A DNA stretch of 64,000 nucleotides. Source: Moniliella sp. 'wahieum' (lineage: Eukaryota). How positions within the stretch are numbered: position 1 is the stretch's first letter; every line of letters starts with the position of its first letter. The stretch spans positions 248,001-312,000 of the forward strand of contig RSEE01000010.1 of NCBI GenBank assembly GCA_003971905.1. The letters run 5' to 3'. The notes under the pieces are model-generated. The model was not told where the DNA came from. It made no database searches and was given only the letters and a program-made list of their open reading frames with translations. The translations under genes and the position numbers were made by a program. Shown one piece after another: positions 40,796 to 53,736 of the stretch.

Positions 40796-41737
40796 CTAGG
40801 GAGATGAGCATGAGCATGGGGTGTGGGCAGCAAGGTCGAAGGACAGATGTGTGCGTCCGATCAAGTGGAGAAGTTGCGTGCGATGGGGGGTACCGGGACG
40901 CGAATGGGTCGGGGATGGGGGCAAGCTCTGCAGTGGCGTAGAGGAGGGCATGATCTTGAGACGCAATCGGTCCAGCACAGGCAGCTTAGGGAACACCCCA
41001 ACGAGGGTAGCAATAAAGTCAATCGAGAAGGCCCATGGGTTGTAATGCGTGTAGTGCGTAGCAACGAGGAATCTGGGCAAAAAGAGACGCACGTCAGCGG
41101 ATCGATTTCCACCCTCACACCAAACAGACAAAACGGCCGAGAAGGACGAACAAAATAATGGGCAACGATGTCAGCCACTTTTTGTGGGGGTAAAGTGAGC
41201 ACCATCATCAATCTGCTCCCACAGCGTCAGGCCGTCGTACGCGCCCGCGTTCGACTCAAACGGCGTGCCGGTCACATAGTGGAAGATGATGTAGGATACC
41301 TTAGAAGAAAAACAATAACAACAAGCCGAGTCAGTACTTGCCCCGCCCAGATGGAACGCTGGTACTCACCACGGCGTAGCCAGCGCAGACCAATGTCCAG
41401 CTCAGGTCGGAAGTCATGCCCGGCAGGAGGTCGAGGATGATTTTGGACAAAATGATAATCACGACGTGGATGATCCATGCGCCTGGTGGGAGAGTTAGCA
41501 AAAAGTAATACTAATCTGGTACAACGAGCTCAACTCCACCTCACCCTTGTAGTTGACCCAATCAGCATTCGCATTGAAGCCCGCGTTCTGGTCGAGCAGT
41601 TGCTCTGGCGTCTCCTCCACCTTGGTAACAGTCACCAGCGACGGGCGGGCGTCGTGGCCAGCTGCCAAACGATGGGTAAGGGTGGCATCGGTGATCTCGA
41701 TGCGCGGCAACGCAGGACGGGAGGACGGTGGGGCCAT
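40796..41737 (-). CDS. ORM1: ORMDL-family sphingolipid homeostasis protein, three introns
   Basis: DQNAGFNANADWVNYKG|AWIIHVV.., FHYVTGTPFESNAGAYDGLTLWEQIDDGAHFTPTKKWL, FLVATHYTHY, PKLP. Introns at about 41483-41544, 41300-41369 and 41073-41151. Exact 3' end is uncertain (40796 or 40861). Confidence 0.93.
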
Positions 41738-42794
41738 CAGGATGTCGGGTGGCAGGAGGAGGGCGTTGAACAGAGGAGGGTGGTAATCTGTGGTAGCGAA
41801 GAAGTGGAATGAGAATGAGAAGTCAACGTCAACACTCACTAGTCAACGTTCAACTTGACTGCTGAAGTTCAGCTTCAACGTTCAACTTCAACATTGAGAC
41901 GTTGAACAGTCACTAATCAACGTCACACGTCGCGCGTCACACGTCAGTGCTCACAACACGTTAAGAGTCGCCCAGTCAATGCGCTGAACGCAGTCCACAG
42001 CAGTCCACCTCAGGCTGAGGCCCTCAGGCCTCAGGCCCTCAAACTGAGACTGCGCTGAGGGCGCCAATCAACGTGCTGGCCAATCATTAATCACTGTATA
42101 TTTGTTGGTCTACCTGGACCGAGGACCGCTGATTGAGGCCGCTAGGGTTGCTGCTTTTCTGTTCTGCTTTCGATTGCAACGGAATGAGCATTTGGCCAAG
42201 GGGTTGTTACGCGTTACGCGCCCCCATCTTTTTTTCCACAGCTCGACTTACGATCTGGCACCCGACGTGACCATGATACACGTTTTCTGTCCGCCCCCCG
42301 ATAGAGGCAAGAAATTGGCTAAGAGTAGAGTTGAGAAGTGCCACGTCCGCCCAAATAAATCGATCTCCATCAATGAGATATTTTCGGCGGCAGCTTTTAG
42401 CCTGTATGAATCAGACTTCGAGAGGCCCAAACCATCTGATACAGCCTCTCTGTACGGCAAGTGTGGCTCCCTGGTTGGACCACATGCTGCTAGCACGTAA
42501 ACCTGGCCCTTTCTGGTCCCCCGGCCACAGGGCATCGATGCTTTTCTGTGCCCCAATCCATTCCACCACAGCACTTTCTTGTGGTCATGTGAGCCTATCG
42601 ACGCGCTGGGGAGGAGTAAAGCTAGTAACTAGAAACTGACCCGTGAACATTTCAATAAACAAGTGTTGGCTTTCCAAGTATCGGGTGATCACCGATTATG
42701 CAGTTGGGGATAAGCGCGAAGCGTAAGCGACGCGACTGCACTTGTGTCGTACTTGAACCGCACGTTCAATGCACCTTTCCCTCACCCCACCACC

Positions 42795-43194
42795 ATGGCT
42801 GCGCGCACGACCGATGCCGATTCGATGAACAGTATGTTTCCCAGCTCTTATGGTGCTCTGCAGGAACTGACGTGTATGGGGGGCAGTTGCACTGGACCTG
42901 GCAAAACTGCTTGACACGGGGTTGGACGCCGACCAGCTCACCGCGTGCTTGAAGCTGATTCAAGATGGAGTACCCCCTTCAACGGTGGCGGTAAGTGATG
43001 CGTTCAACGTTCAGCGCGGAGAGATGTATGTGCTGACTACAGGGTGGCTGTGACCGCGACCACATGCCTGTCGTCGACCACAGGCCATGGTGAAAACGGT
43101 GCGTGATGCGATGGCCACAGTGCCGACGCCAACGGGGACCAGAACAGCGAGCACAACTGGAAGTCACGGGTCGCGCGCAAGTCGCCTACCATGA
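42795..43194 (+). CDS. MZT1: MOZART1 (mitotic spindle organizing protein 1), gamma-tubulin complex subunit
   Basis: Not in the ORF track as such. Spliced model (introns 42832-42886 and 42991-43083) gives MAARTTDADSMNIALDLAKLLDTGLDADQLTACLKLIQDGVPPSTVA|AMVKTVR, matching the LLxTGLDxxxLxxCxxLxxxGVxP pattern. Confidence 0.85.
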
Positions 43195-43994
43195 GTACTG
43201 CTTTCCACAAGGCAGATTACGGCAATCGTGAATAGCATCGAGTAATACATATGCCGCCGGTGCGAGCAAGCGTGGGGGTTCAGAACGCACAGAGCGCAGA
43301 GGGGACGGCAGTCGAGATGGAGACCGATCATTTTAGTTGATGGTGAATGGGCGACGTGCGCTTCACTGTTTCAACGTTCATGTTTTGCATTTCAGATTTC
43401 AGATTTTACATCCCTCTTGCGATGGGTGGTATGCACATGACAACAGAGTATAGGCGACAAGCTGGTGATATAGCTACCAGCGAAACACCTGCTTGGAAGT
43501 GTCAACTGGCTAGAATATGGAGGGAGACCAGCCAACGCTAGCGGGCCCAGCTCAGGCAAAGTACTGACATAGTTTTGCTGCAGCCATTGCTGCCTATATA
43601 CCAGCAGTGCAAATGATGGAATGACTCGAATGAGAATGAGAATGTGGTTCAGGGCAATGGACGGCCGTCAGGGAGATGTGGCACATAGCATCGTAAGCGG
43701 TGCATAGTTCAGATAGGAAGTCAGGGCTCACTTGAGCACTCGCCGATCACAGACGCCTGCACCCTAGCTGCAGAGCGACGAGAGGCAGGGAACAAAATCA
43801 AGAGTGGCATGGCCATGACGGCGAGAACGAAAGCGATCCTTAGGGAAAGATAGAAGCGTCCCTTGGCCCAAATGGAAAAATGCAAAGATCACGGGGGCCG
43901 GAAAATGACGCCAAAAAGGACCGAGAGAAAAGGTGACAGACTGAAAATGCAAGAGACGAACTGAGAATGCAGGATGAAGCTGCTTCTTGCCAGC

Positions 43995-46900
43995 CTAAAG
44001 GCGCGAGCAAGATATAAGTCGGAGAGAGAAACGCTTAAAAGAGTCAATGAGACGGAGGGAAGCTGAAACAAAGATAAATGGCCCCAAAACCACCAAGTGG
44101 CCTGGCCGACGCAGGCCCTCGTACCTCCTTGGGGTACTTGTTGTGATATAGCGGGCAATTGTTGGCCAAGTCCCACTTTGCGCCCACTCAGGGAGGACCC
44201 CATATATGACGGGGGTCATTTTGATAAGAGAGGTCGTCCGAGGAGTAGGCGGTTCTGCGCGGATCCCAATAAGGAGCCACGTTGGGAATGGTGGGGTAGT
44301 AGGTGGATGTCCCTGATGTTGAGGAGGCTGACAGCACAGTCCCGTTCGAGCTGATTGACGCCTGAGACCGTGCACCCGGCCAGAGGCCGAAGCCGAAGCT
44401 TTGGCATGGCTGCCGTCGCGATGGCGCACAGACAAGCTGGCGGTGGTGGTGGGCCAGTCACGGGCAAGAGAAGTGGGTTGCACAGGGTAGTTTATTCCTC
44501 TTGGTACCGTCTCCGTCCCATTTTGGTGAGGGGTACCGTAGACGGCTGGGCTCAAGGAGCGGTCCAATAAGCCGAAACCACTCGGCCCAGACTGGCCTGA
44601 CCAACGAGACCCCACAGCTCCCACTGGTGAGCTTGGAGAGAGAGCCCCTGGTCGTTCTCCGGGACTTGATACCATGCCCGTAGCCCTACTTGCAGGGTCA
44701 TAAGCCCATCGAGATGGAATGGCCGACTGGGTGGGGGCCGGCAGGCCATTCGGGCCACGCAAGAAGGAGTCACGGGCTGTATCATAGGTTACACCAGGCG
44801 GCCTAGCGTACTCGCCGGTGTGTCCATTACTGAGCTGATCATATGGATCCTTGCTGTTGTAGGGTTGATGGACACGAAGGGGGCTTGCTGATGATTGGGA
44901 CGCCCAGGTTGCCATATGCGGGCGACGATGATTAGTACCGTTGGGAACCGGCCCCGTTGGAGAAGGCGAATGATGAGGATGCGTAGATGTACCATCGGGG
45001 AAGGAGGCCCAGGACAGGCTGCGTGGAGGTTCGCCGCTGACGGCCCTTGCTGGAAAAGAAGCACCGTGCGAGATTGAACTGGCAGGATTTGCCCCGACCC
45101 CTTCAGTCCTTGGATGGGGACTGGAGGACGGGGTGCCCTTGGTAAAGCGCGACGTAGTCAACTGAGGATCCCACTGACTAAGGGGTGCCCCCTCCATTCG
45201 AGAGGATCGGGAGGGCCGAGCCATTTCCTGCAAACCATGACGAGGTATCGAAGCAGGCGCAGGGCGGTGAGGATGGCGATGCTCGGAATGGCTGGAATGA
45301 CTGGAATGGCTGTGGCTGTGGGCATGGTGCGTTTTCAGTTTGCGGAAGCGAACAGTGATGTCCTTCACCTTTTCCTGTGGATTGCCCCGCATCTTTGATC
45401 CCTCCCCATCTCGACGGTCATAGTGCTTACGCCACGAGTCAAGCTCAATCATGGGACGAGAGGGGTAAGAGTGGATCGTCACAGTAGATACTGTCGACTC
45501 GAGTCCAAATTGCCATCGTTCATCATCCGTCAAGAGCCAGGGCGTTTGGATGTACTCCACCGGTAGGTTACGCAGACAAGGAAGCCATGTTTTGACGTAG
45601 TCCCCTCGCCAATCGTAATCAAGTGCTTGTTTGATGGCATTGAATTGACGCGAAGCGCGAGGATCGTTACCAACGCCGGCGACATATTGCCTTCAAGAAC
45701 AGGGTATAGGTCAGTCACAATTGTTCCCGTACTGATGTTAGATCGGTCAAATGATGAAAGAAACGCACCAATTGCCGTAGTTGGATGCCGGATCATAGTC
45801 TATCAATTGGCTGGCAAAAAACTCGGCACCAATGCGCCAGTCGAAGCCGAGATCCTTGGAGAGGAACGAAGCAATGTTCTGGCGCCCGCGATTGGACATA
45901 AACCCGCTTTCCCGCAATTCGGAAATGTTGGCATCGATAAAAGGGATACCCGTCCGAGCCTCTAGAAGGCGGGCGACTGGGTTATCAGGACTGTCGTTGA
46001 TAGGGTCCCACGACTTCCACCACCCCGGTGTTTGGAGCTTCTTTTCGGCTTTGCGTGGATCCGTGATTGTCTCAAATCCACCGAGAGAGTAAAGCAAATC
46101 ACCAAACTTGGCCGCAACGAGGAAGAAGTAGTCGCGCCATAGGAGCTCAAATCGAACCCAGTAAGTGCTTTGGTCCTGCCCCGACCGAGCTTCCAGGTTG
46201 TCAAGCATTTGCCAGATCTGGCGGGCAGTGATGCACCCATACGAGAGAAAGGGCGACATTTTGGTACTGTAGGCATGGCCGAGCAAGTTGTTCCTCGTTT
46301 GTTTATACCGAGCGACGGGAATCGACATTGCAGAGCCTGAACCAACGGGCACACGGCCATATGAAAAGTACCAGAGAAGTCGGTCTTGAGCAGATGTCTC
46401 GCCTCCGCGGAAGGGGAATGCAGAGGAGGGATGGCACGAGGAAATGGCGGCACGATCATTCAGAGCGTCGGCGGATTGAGGCTGGATCACGGGTTGGAGA
46501 AGTAATTTCATTAGGTCGCCCCAGGAGAAGACTTGCTGTTTGGACATCTTCGTCTCCTCCGATCCGGTGGGTTCCAACACAGCGGCTTCATACGTCGGGG
46601 GTACAGTCGCGCCTGTTGCGCTCGGATTGATGGAACCACTCAAGTCTGAACGGGGATCAACAATGAAGTTGTAGTTGCCCGTATCGTTTATGCTAGGTGG
46701 GAATGGTTTAAAGCGTTTTGGAGGTTCAGACAAAGTGCGCACCATTCGCTTTCTCAGTGACTCAACCCGCTTACGGAAGGGGGTAAAGACGTCGGGGGTC
46801 TCCTTGATGTCAAATGGAAGATCAGATGGATGAATGAGGGTCTTGCTGTAGCTAAAGCTAAGGGGGACGTTGTATGACTGCACCGTCTCGGAAATTCCTC

Positions 46901-48047
46901 GTTCCAGTTCTTGGTCATCCGATGTAGCCTCCTTCTGCATCCAGACACCCTCGACTGAATCTCCTTGGGCAATGAGGGATCCGATGAGTTCGTCCAGTAC
47001 CTTTTCTGTCTTGCCAAACCGCAAGAGTAGGTCGGACCCACGGTCCAAAAGGCGTTGACGCAAGTCCGCGATGCACTCGACAATAAATCGAATGCGAAAC
47101 CCTCCCGTCTTCCAAAACCCGTATTTAGGCGTGCGTGCCTCAGGACCGTCACGCCGATATCCAGGCAAGCCCGAGAGCTCAATAATGCGCTCGTCAAAGA
47201 CATAAAGAGGTAAGATGTACTCGGCTTGTGAGGACAGGTTCCATTCTTCCGCAAAGATGCCACCCCCATTGATACCCTGCTCACCATGGTTTGGCAGCCC
47301 GGGAGCCCACATAGCCTGGTTCAGATGGTTGGAGGCTTGCTGATGGGAAGACTGCCCCATGTGTTCGCCCATCCAGTCTGGTGGGGGATGAGGACGATCC
47401 CGATGGGCATAAGTGAACAGGGGGTTGTCAAGGATACGGAGGTCATATCGGAGGAGCAGGATGAGAATCGAATGCCCAGAGGCATTGTAAGCTGGCAAGG
47501 CGCCACGAAACCGAGAGTAGGATGCCCGCGGTACCGGCCGATGTACGGTAGGCTGGTTGAGCGAGGTGTTGGATGACTCTGGTGTAGAAAGCCCCGCCAA
47601 TAGGCTGGTCCCTGAGGTGGTGGCTGCTGTTCGAAGAGAGTTGCTTAAATGGGAAGAGCCCGTTGTTGATGTGCCTGGAGCAGAGCTTGAAATAGATCCA
47701 AGACCCGAACCCCCTCCCGCATTGCTCCCCGAGTCGGTCGTGTTGGTAGCCGAAACGGCTGAACTAGTGCGGCCACCGTGTTCACTTCCATGGCTGCCAT
47801 TACCAGTCGAGCCGCTCTGGGAAGGCATATCCACATACGCCAAGTCAGACCCAGGCCGAGAGTCAGAGCCCGTATCGTCACTGCCCGGGCTGGCAGATTG
47901 CGAATCGGATCTGACACCAGCATGGGAGCGCATGGATGGAGTCGTGACGGAAGCATCAGGGAATGATGCGTTTTCATCGTCGACCTCAGCCTCCTCCTGC
48001 TGTGGGTCGGGAAGGGGGCTATGAGGTAAAGAAGGGCCAGGAGGCAT
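43995..48047 (-). CDS. Cryptochrome DASH (photolyase/cryptochrome family) with long N- and C-terminal extensions
   Basis: LLRYDLRILDNP, PDVFTPFRKRVE, FRGGETSA, YKQTRNNLLGHAYSTKMSPFL, FELLWRDYF, GFMSNRGRQNIASFL, DWRIGAEFF..LIDYDPASNYGNW|QYVAGVGNDPR across intron 45691-45768. Confidence 0.93.
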
Positions 48048-50737
48048 GCTGAAATCGAGTGCAGAAGAAGAGGCGCGGTTCCCAGAGGAGGAGAAATCGC
48101 AGGCGATGGACCGGTCGGCACCGGGGGAGGCCAGTCGGAGGACATGGCTCCTCAAGGGACGGAGACCGGACGAGAGGAAAGACGGCGAACGGGAAAGGGC
48201 GAAAGGCGAGAGATGTAGCGTGCCGGCACACAAAGGGCGCAGAGGTGGCGCAAACGAGCCAGGAAGTGTGGTCTGAAGGGAATACTCACAGGGCTCGGGC
48301 TGAGCCCTGAGGATCAGGTGGAAGGAGGACGGTGGCGATGGCCCCGAGCAAGGAGGCAGAACAGCCGTGCCGGGCAGGCGAGAGAGGACGCAAGTCGGAA
48401 ACAGAACGCGAGTTCTGCAACCTGCAACTCACTGACACTCAGATTCAGAGGCCTCCCTGAGGCCTGAGGCCCTGAGGACGGTAGCCCCAAATGACCCTCG
48501 GCCTCAGGCCGTCAGGCGCCGATATTCAGCAACCATCGGCATCACGCACCCATCATCCATCCCCAATTCGAGCCACTAGCTGCTGCCTGCCAAACGCCCA
48601 GGCATGGCGCTACTGGCAGGGTGACCGGTGACCGGTGATGCATGGCGGTTAGAATGGCCCTTGGGGCGTTTAAGCTTTAGGCGGTAGGTCTAGGCCTTAG
48701 CTTTGGGCCTGCGGCTACGCACTATGGGCCATAGCGTGACTGGCGACCGGTGATCGATGATCCTTCGGGGGCGGGCGGCTGGGCGAACCCGAGGGCCTGG
48801 ACCCTGGTCCGTCGCGCTATAGGCGCAGCCCTCCTCGGGCAAGATCCCCATGGTCATCGGGAGACACTTTGGGCCCGCACTGCTCCAGTGTCAGGCTTCC
48901 TGCGATGGTCAGCTAAGACACACAAAGACATCGTTTAAGACGTTTAAGTGCAGCTCTGGCTATAATGACCGTCATGACCGGTGACCACCTCGTGGCCGTC
49001 ATCTGGCGATCGATGATCAGTACTCAGTAGCTGGCTAGTAACTAGGTAACTATAGTAACTCACTACTAGCTGATCAAGCTGCGACGCGGATGCTTCACAC
49101 CGCCGGTGAGCTAGTCAGTACAGTCAGTGGCTATTATGTACTGAGTGTGTCACGCACCTCATATTAAGTAACCGGTAACTGGTAACCCCGTCGGTACGCG
49201 CCGCTAACGTGGCAATCCTTCCACCAGCCCCATGCCTATACTAGCCCCCACTTCCTTCTACGTTCAACCGTTCGTGCCATTTACATGTTACAGGGCTTCA
49301 AGCTGGGGCAAAAAGTGCTGCTGCGTGTTCGTGTCAAACCAAGTAGGAAACTGTGGCAGTAAAGTCGCCGGCTGGTAATATAGTCCTCTGAGATCTGACT
49401 CCCGCCATTCGCTCTCTCAGATCTCAAATCGGATGTAGCGCGCGTGGAAATGAGCATGGCAGAGACACGTGCAAGAGGTGCGTTTATTGATCCGCATCTC
49501 TCCACTCCGCAGCCCGATCTCTTCATCGTTTACTAGTACCTCTCGGTCGGTGACGTGGGCCTTCTCTCTCACACAAGGTCCTCATGAATCCCTGATTCAT
49601 TTAACCCTTCTATTGGTTCTATTGCTGAGTGAGTAGTCGGTATATACTACAGACCTGTCGTGTGTCGACTATTACTTTTCCCCACACTGTAACCCTCTCC
49701 TCTATTTTGCTGGTTCGTTGAAAACAAACGCGTCAATACAAATTGAGAGTATCCGCCTAAGGATGATGAGCGATCAGTCTGCCTAAAGTGGAGAGTACAC
49801 ACTCATTAAATTGGACGGTGGTGAAAACCTACTCAATATAGTTCAACAGCGACATTTGTCCACCACACCCTACTGTTTTGTGCACTTACACCTAACGAGA
49901 CAAACGGTACCGAATGTATGATGAGTTGGAGGCTAATTTGAATTGGCTACTAGTAGTTGCCAGCGAGCTCGAGGCACTTTGCACTTACCCTTGGTACTCA
50001 GGGGAAGCCTTAGGTGATAGGCATGCCGAGTTGAAAGCACTTATGGGCTCTACCAAATTGCGTTCGTCGCGCCCATATATTGAGTCTCAGTTAGTATGAT
50101 ATGCTCCATGCCAACATCTTTGCCACGATTCCTAACGAGTTGCGCCACTTCTTGAATTCCCTCCATACGCGAAAAGTGTGTGTGTGCTTGGCACCTAAGA
50201 GAATTGTGTCATGTCCGTCAGTACAAATGTAATGCGCCACGGCCTCACAGACGAAAATACACCACGATAGACGTGCCCGAACATATGTCTCGTATGCCCT
50301 CATCATCATATTGTATGTAGATATTTTCTCCTCACCAAAGAGAGGCATTCTTAACATCCTTTTCGATCCATTGTTAGGTTCTTCCCAGAAGTCATCATAT
50401 CAATCCGGTTCCACTCGTTGAGTGCTGAACCGCTGGACAGTTCTCCAGCCTGTTTTGTGGGCGTCACCTTACCAGTACGCCATGTACATTCGCACTTTAC
50501 CCTGTTCACTTTATGCAAGTATCTTCGAGAGAAGTTTAGTTTTCTCTGGACACTGCTACGACTAATAAACGGTTCTCGGCCTGAGAACTTTTGCGGCCTT
50601 TGGCATGCACGTCCCATATCCCACAGGACTTTGAAGCAGCAAGCTTCCTTGCGCACAATTAAAGGAGTTTCTGGACCCATATACACGATGCGTGAGAGAG
50701 GATGGTAGATCAATGTGAGCCGTGAAAATAAGATGCG

Positions 50738-51781
50738 TTAGTCTTCCCACTTGTACAAGACTACCGCATCACTCATTGCATGAGACCAGGGATCCTCGCC
50801 TCCCGGGGCGGTGGAGGGTGTGGGGCGTTCGATCGGAGCGCCGCGCCACAGACCGCCGTCCTCTGGTTTGCTGACAATAACACAAGGTGGAACGTCAACC
50901 CGTTCCAGCGCACCCAGGCCGTACTCACAATGCCCGAGTCCAGTGATGGCCAGCACATTTCCCTGAGGAAGGAGGGCGTTGATGGAATGCGCAAGATAGG
51001 CATCTTTGAGTTTTTGGGCCAGCTCGAAACCCTTAACTCGCGGAGGAAGGGGGCGAAGGCGATCCGTTGGGTAAGGTTGACCATTCTCCGGTGGAGGCTG
51101 GATGGGAGGGAATATGGGGGGTCGGTCGGGACGGATGAGCGAGGCTAGGTACGTGGAATGTGCATGGCTGACGTTCTGCGCCCAGTCCCACTGGGTAAAG
51201 GGAGGGATTATTTGATCCCTTCTGGTTTGGCGATCGCGTTCTTCCAGTTTCACCTGGGCAAGGCCTTGTCGAAATGCTAATTGTGCCCAAGGTCGGGGAG
51301 GGAAGCCACCAACAACTTTGACGCCAAGCTCCCTAGCTAGCAGTAACAACGGAAGGTAGTGCTCGATCCTGAATCCTTCGGTACTGGCATTGTACTGCTC
51401 GATCAGCTCCGCGTCGGAAAGTTGGTGGGCAGCATGCTGGTCGAGCATGCGTTGATCGAGCAGAGAAAAGTGCTCGAGGACGAGATGTACTGGTGTGCTG
51501 GAGGCGCGCACGAGAGAAGAGAGTACAGCCAGCTGCGCGTCCAGCACCCGGTGTTGATGATGCTGTTCCCCAAACGCAACCAGGCGTGGGGCGTGGGAGG
51601 CGTGCTGGAAGAGGGCATCCAATGCCTGGGGGAGATGCACAGGGACATCAGGAACGAGATTGGTCCACCACACCTCTTCTCCCTCATCGGGATGTGCAGG
51701 CCAGACGTAGCTGGAGCGGAGGGTAGGGAGGCGGGCGTACCCAGAGATGAAGCGCATGCGCAGCGACGCCGGCACCGGCAT
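50738..51781 (-). CDS. ChaN/PhuW-like heme-binding (Cofac_haem_bdg / DUF399, Tiki superfamily) domain protein
   Basis: Intact intronless 347-aa ORF with VAFGEQHH, LVLEHF....Q..LD, YLPLLLLARELG, Q.LKDAYLAHSI and VLAITGLGHCEYGLG, following the GExH / LExF / Y.P / D..MA / G.gH pattern of this family. Confidence 0.75.
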   Translation of the reverse strand: MPVPASLRMRFISGYARLPTLRSSYVWPAHPDEGEEVWWTNLVPDVPVHLPQALDALFQHASHAPRLVAFGEQHHQHRVLDAQLAVLSSLVRASSTPVHLVLEHFSLLDQRMLDQHAAHQLSDAELIEQYNASTEGFRIEHYLPLLLLARELGVKVVGGFPPRPWAQLAFRQGLAQVKLEERDRQTRRDQIIPPFTQWDWAQNVSHAHSTYLASLIRPDRPPIFPPIQPPPENGQPYPTDRLRPLPPRVKGFELAQKLKDAYLAHSINALLPQGNVLAITGLGHCEYGLGALERVDVPPCVIVSKPEDGGLWRGAPIERPTPSTAPGGEDPWSHAMSDAVVLYKWED

Positions 51782-52349
51782 CGGCGACGACTCGCTCGCT
51801 TGAACCGTGTGAGCGAGGGGCGTGAGTAGAGAGGAAGGCAGATGTGATACGGCCTGGGACAGTGCGACTTCGAATACGTTGAGGGATGCAGGATGCCGTC
51901 GGGGTCGATTGAGGCAGATGGCTTTTGGTAAGATCTAAGATGAGATGGGCACTAGGCCTTGAGACGACTGAGAGCGATCACTGTGATTGCTGATGGATGT
52001 CGACGATTGCTGATGGCTGATGCGCTGATGGCTGATGCATGATGGAACTGCCTGGCTGGCACATTTCGAAAACTGCAAGCCCTCGGGAGGCACGTGACTA
52101 ATGACTAGGGCATGTGACAGTTATTTGCGACAGCGTCAGCATCGGTGACGGCGCGGCAGTAAAGCTAGCAACATGTAACGTGTAACATGCATATGACTGT
52201 TGGACTGAGGCAACGTGGGACGCAGAACGCTCCTCTTGGTACATGAAACCTGTGTCGATGACAGCTTTACGCGTGTGCGCCGCATCCATTTTAACGTGGA
52301 CGGCTCCTCGAAAAGCTCCGCAGATCTTGTTGAGAAACTTGCTCGACGC

Positions 52350-53357
52350 CGTCACGGGCGGGCGCCGCCAGGGAGCCCGCCCGCGCGGGGGTTAAGGGGG
52401 ACAATCCCTTGGATGTCACGGGCGGACGCCGCCAGGGGCCCGCCCTGGGGGTTTTGGGGTACAATCCCTTAGGCGACGGTAGGTCGACTCACGGTAGTTT
52501 CGGGCTTAGGCTGGTTGGTGCGTCCGAGCGGAGCTAGGGACGAGGAGAGGCCTTTGGTGGGGCGGCTGCACGTGTGGCAAGGCTGCGTCTGCACCGGCTT
52601 GGGCCGTAGTAACGTGTCTGAAGCCTCCGGGACTTAGGGACGGGAGGAGGCAGAGGCGGACAAACACTGCCTCAACAGAGACTGGGAATCGCCGCGACCA
52701 GAGGAGGGCTCGCGCGATTGGACTGACGAAGGGCTGGAGGACGAGGTCGGAGGAGAAGTCGGACGCTAACAAGAGAAGCTGCCTGTACTGGATAAATTGG
52801 CTGGAAACGGGCAGGAGCCGGACAGGATAGACGGGAAGGCGAGAGGATGACGAGAAAGGACGAGAAGGACGAGAAGGACGAGAAGGACGAGAATGGAAGG
52901 TGGGGGAAAAGATCCCCATCAACCAGGGGTACAGGCAGGATCAAAAGGGAAACGGATACAAGAGGGGGTGTAGAAAGGAAACATGTCAAAAGCGGGGTTG
53001 GTCGCCGCAGGCGCGACCGAGAAAGGAAAAGGAAACGGGAACGAGGCGGCAGACGCCGCCACGGCATTGGAAGCTCGGTGGCCTTATTTAGGCCGGCCGA
53101 CGTGGACTTGGGCGGGAGGCGACTGTTGTCGCGCTGAGCATGGCCCTTCGGCCACGATACTTAATTTAGCCAACCATCATCACACTTGGTTGGCCTGCGG
53201 AGCACGCTCTACTGGGCATGTGCGGAGCAGGCGGGCCTTAGCTTGGGTCGGACCATCTCGTGTCCGCCGCAGCCCGTGACATTGGAGGTCTTAAGGCCTA
53301 AGGTAATCTCACGGTAATAGTTACGCGCTTGTGGGCTAATTGGTGGATCCGAGCGGT
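52350..53357. mobile_element. Older related LTR remnant interrupted by the solo LTR (pieces 52350-52413 and 53287 to about 53357)
   Basis: 52350-52410 closely resembles the first ~60 bp of the younger LTR. Similarity resumes after the right TSD (CTCACGGTA, TGGTG..TCCGAGCGG). Confidence 0.75.
52414..53281. mobile_element. Solo LTR, 868 bp, with 5-bp target-site duplication
   Basis: Begins TGTCACGGGC and ends GCCCGTGACA (10-bp perfect inverted termini, TG..CA). Flanked by TTGGA at 52409-52413 and 53282-53286. No coding capacity recognised. Confidence 0.9.
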
Positions 53358-53736
53358 GCATGCGCTACGTTCTCTTCAACGATAAAGGTTACCTCGCATT
53401 GAAAACGCGCGGCGCGGGTCAGCGAGACGGCCTCGTCGCGTGGTATAAGAGTAATACCTCCCTTATTCCTTGAATCGAGGAGTGGCAACGGTTGAGATGA
53501 TGCCGATGATAGCGAATAGACAACCGATGCTTCCTATGCTGATTCCCTCTGCGTATACTCTCCTTCCAACACACACCACTAAAATAGACACGACCATATT
53601 GGCCAAGCAAATTACCCCGCATATTTGAGTCGGTGCAAAGTTAGGGTTGACGTGCAGGCGGCCAGCCCCCATCCGTACCATCTCCAAGCTGTCCATCAAG
53701 CCAACTACAATCTCCGACCATCGCCACGCCACCGCC

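Noticed and set aside
52385..52470. G-rich GGGGTTAAGGGG / GGGGTTTTGGGG motifs as telomeric repeats or a telomerase template
   Set aside because: There is no TTAGGG tandem; the motifs are explained as the duplicated LTR terminus.
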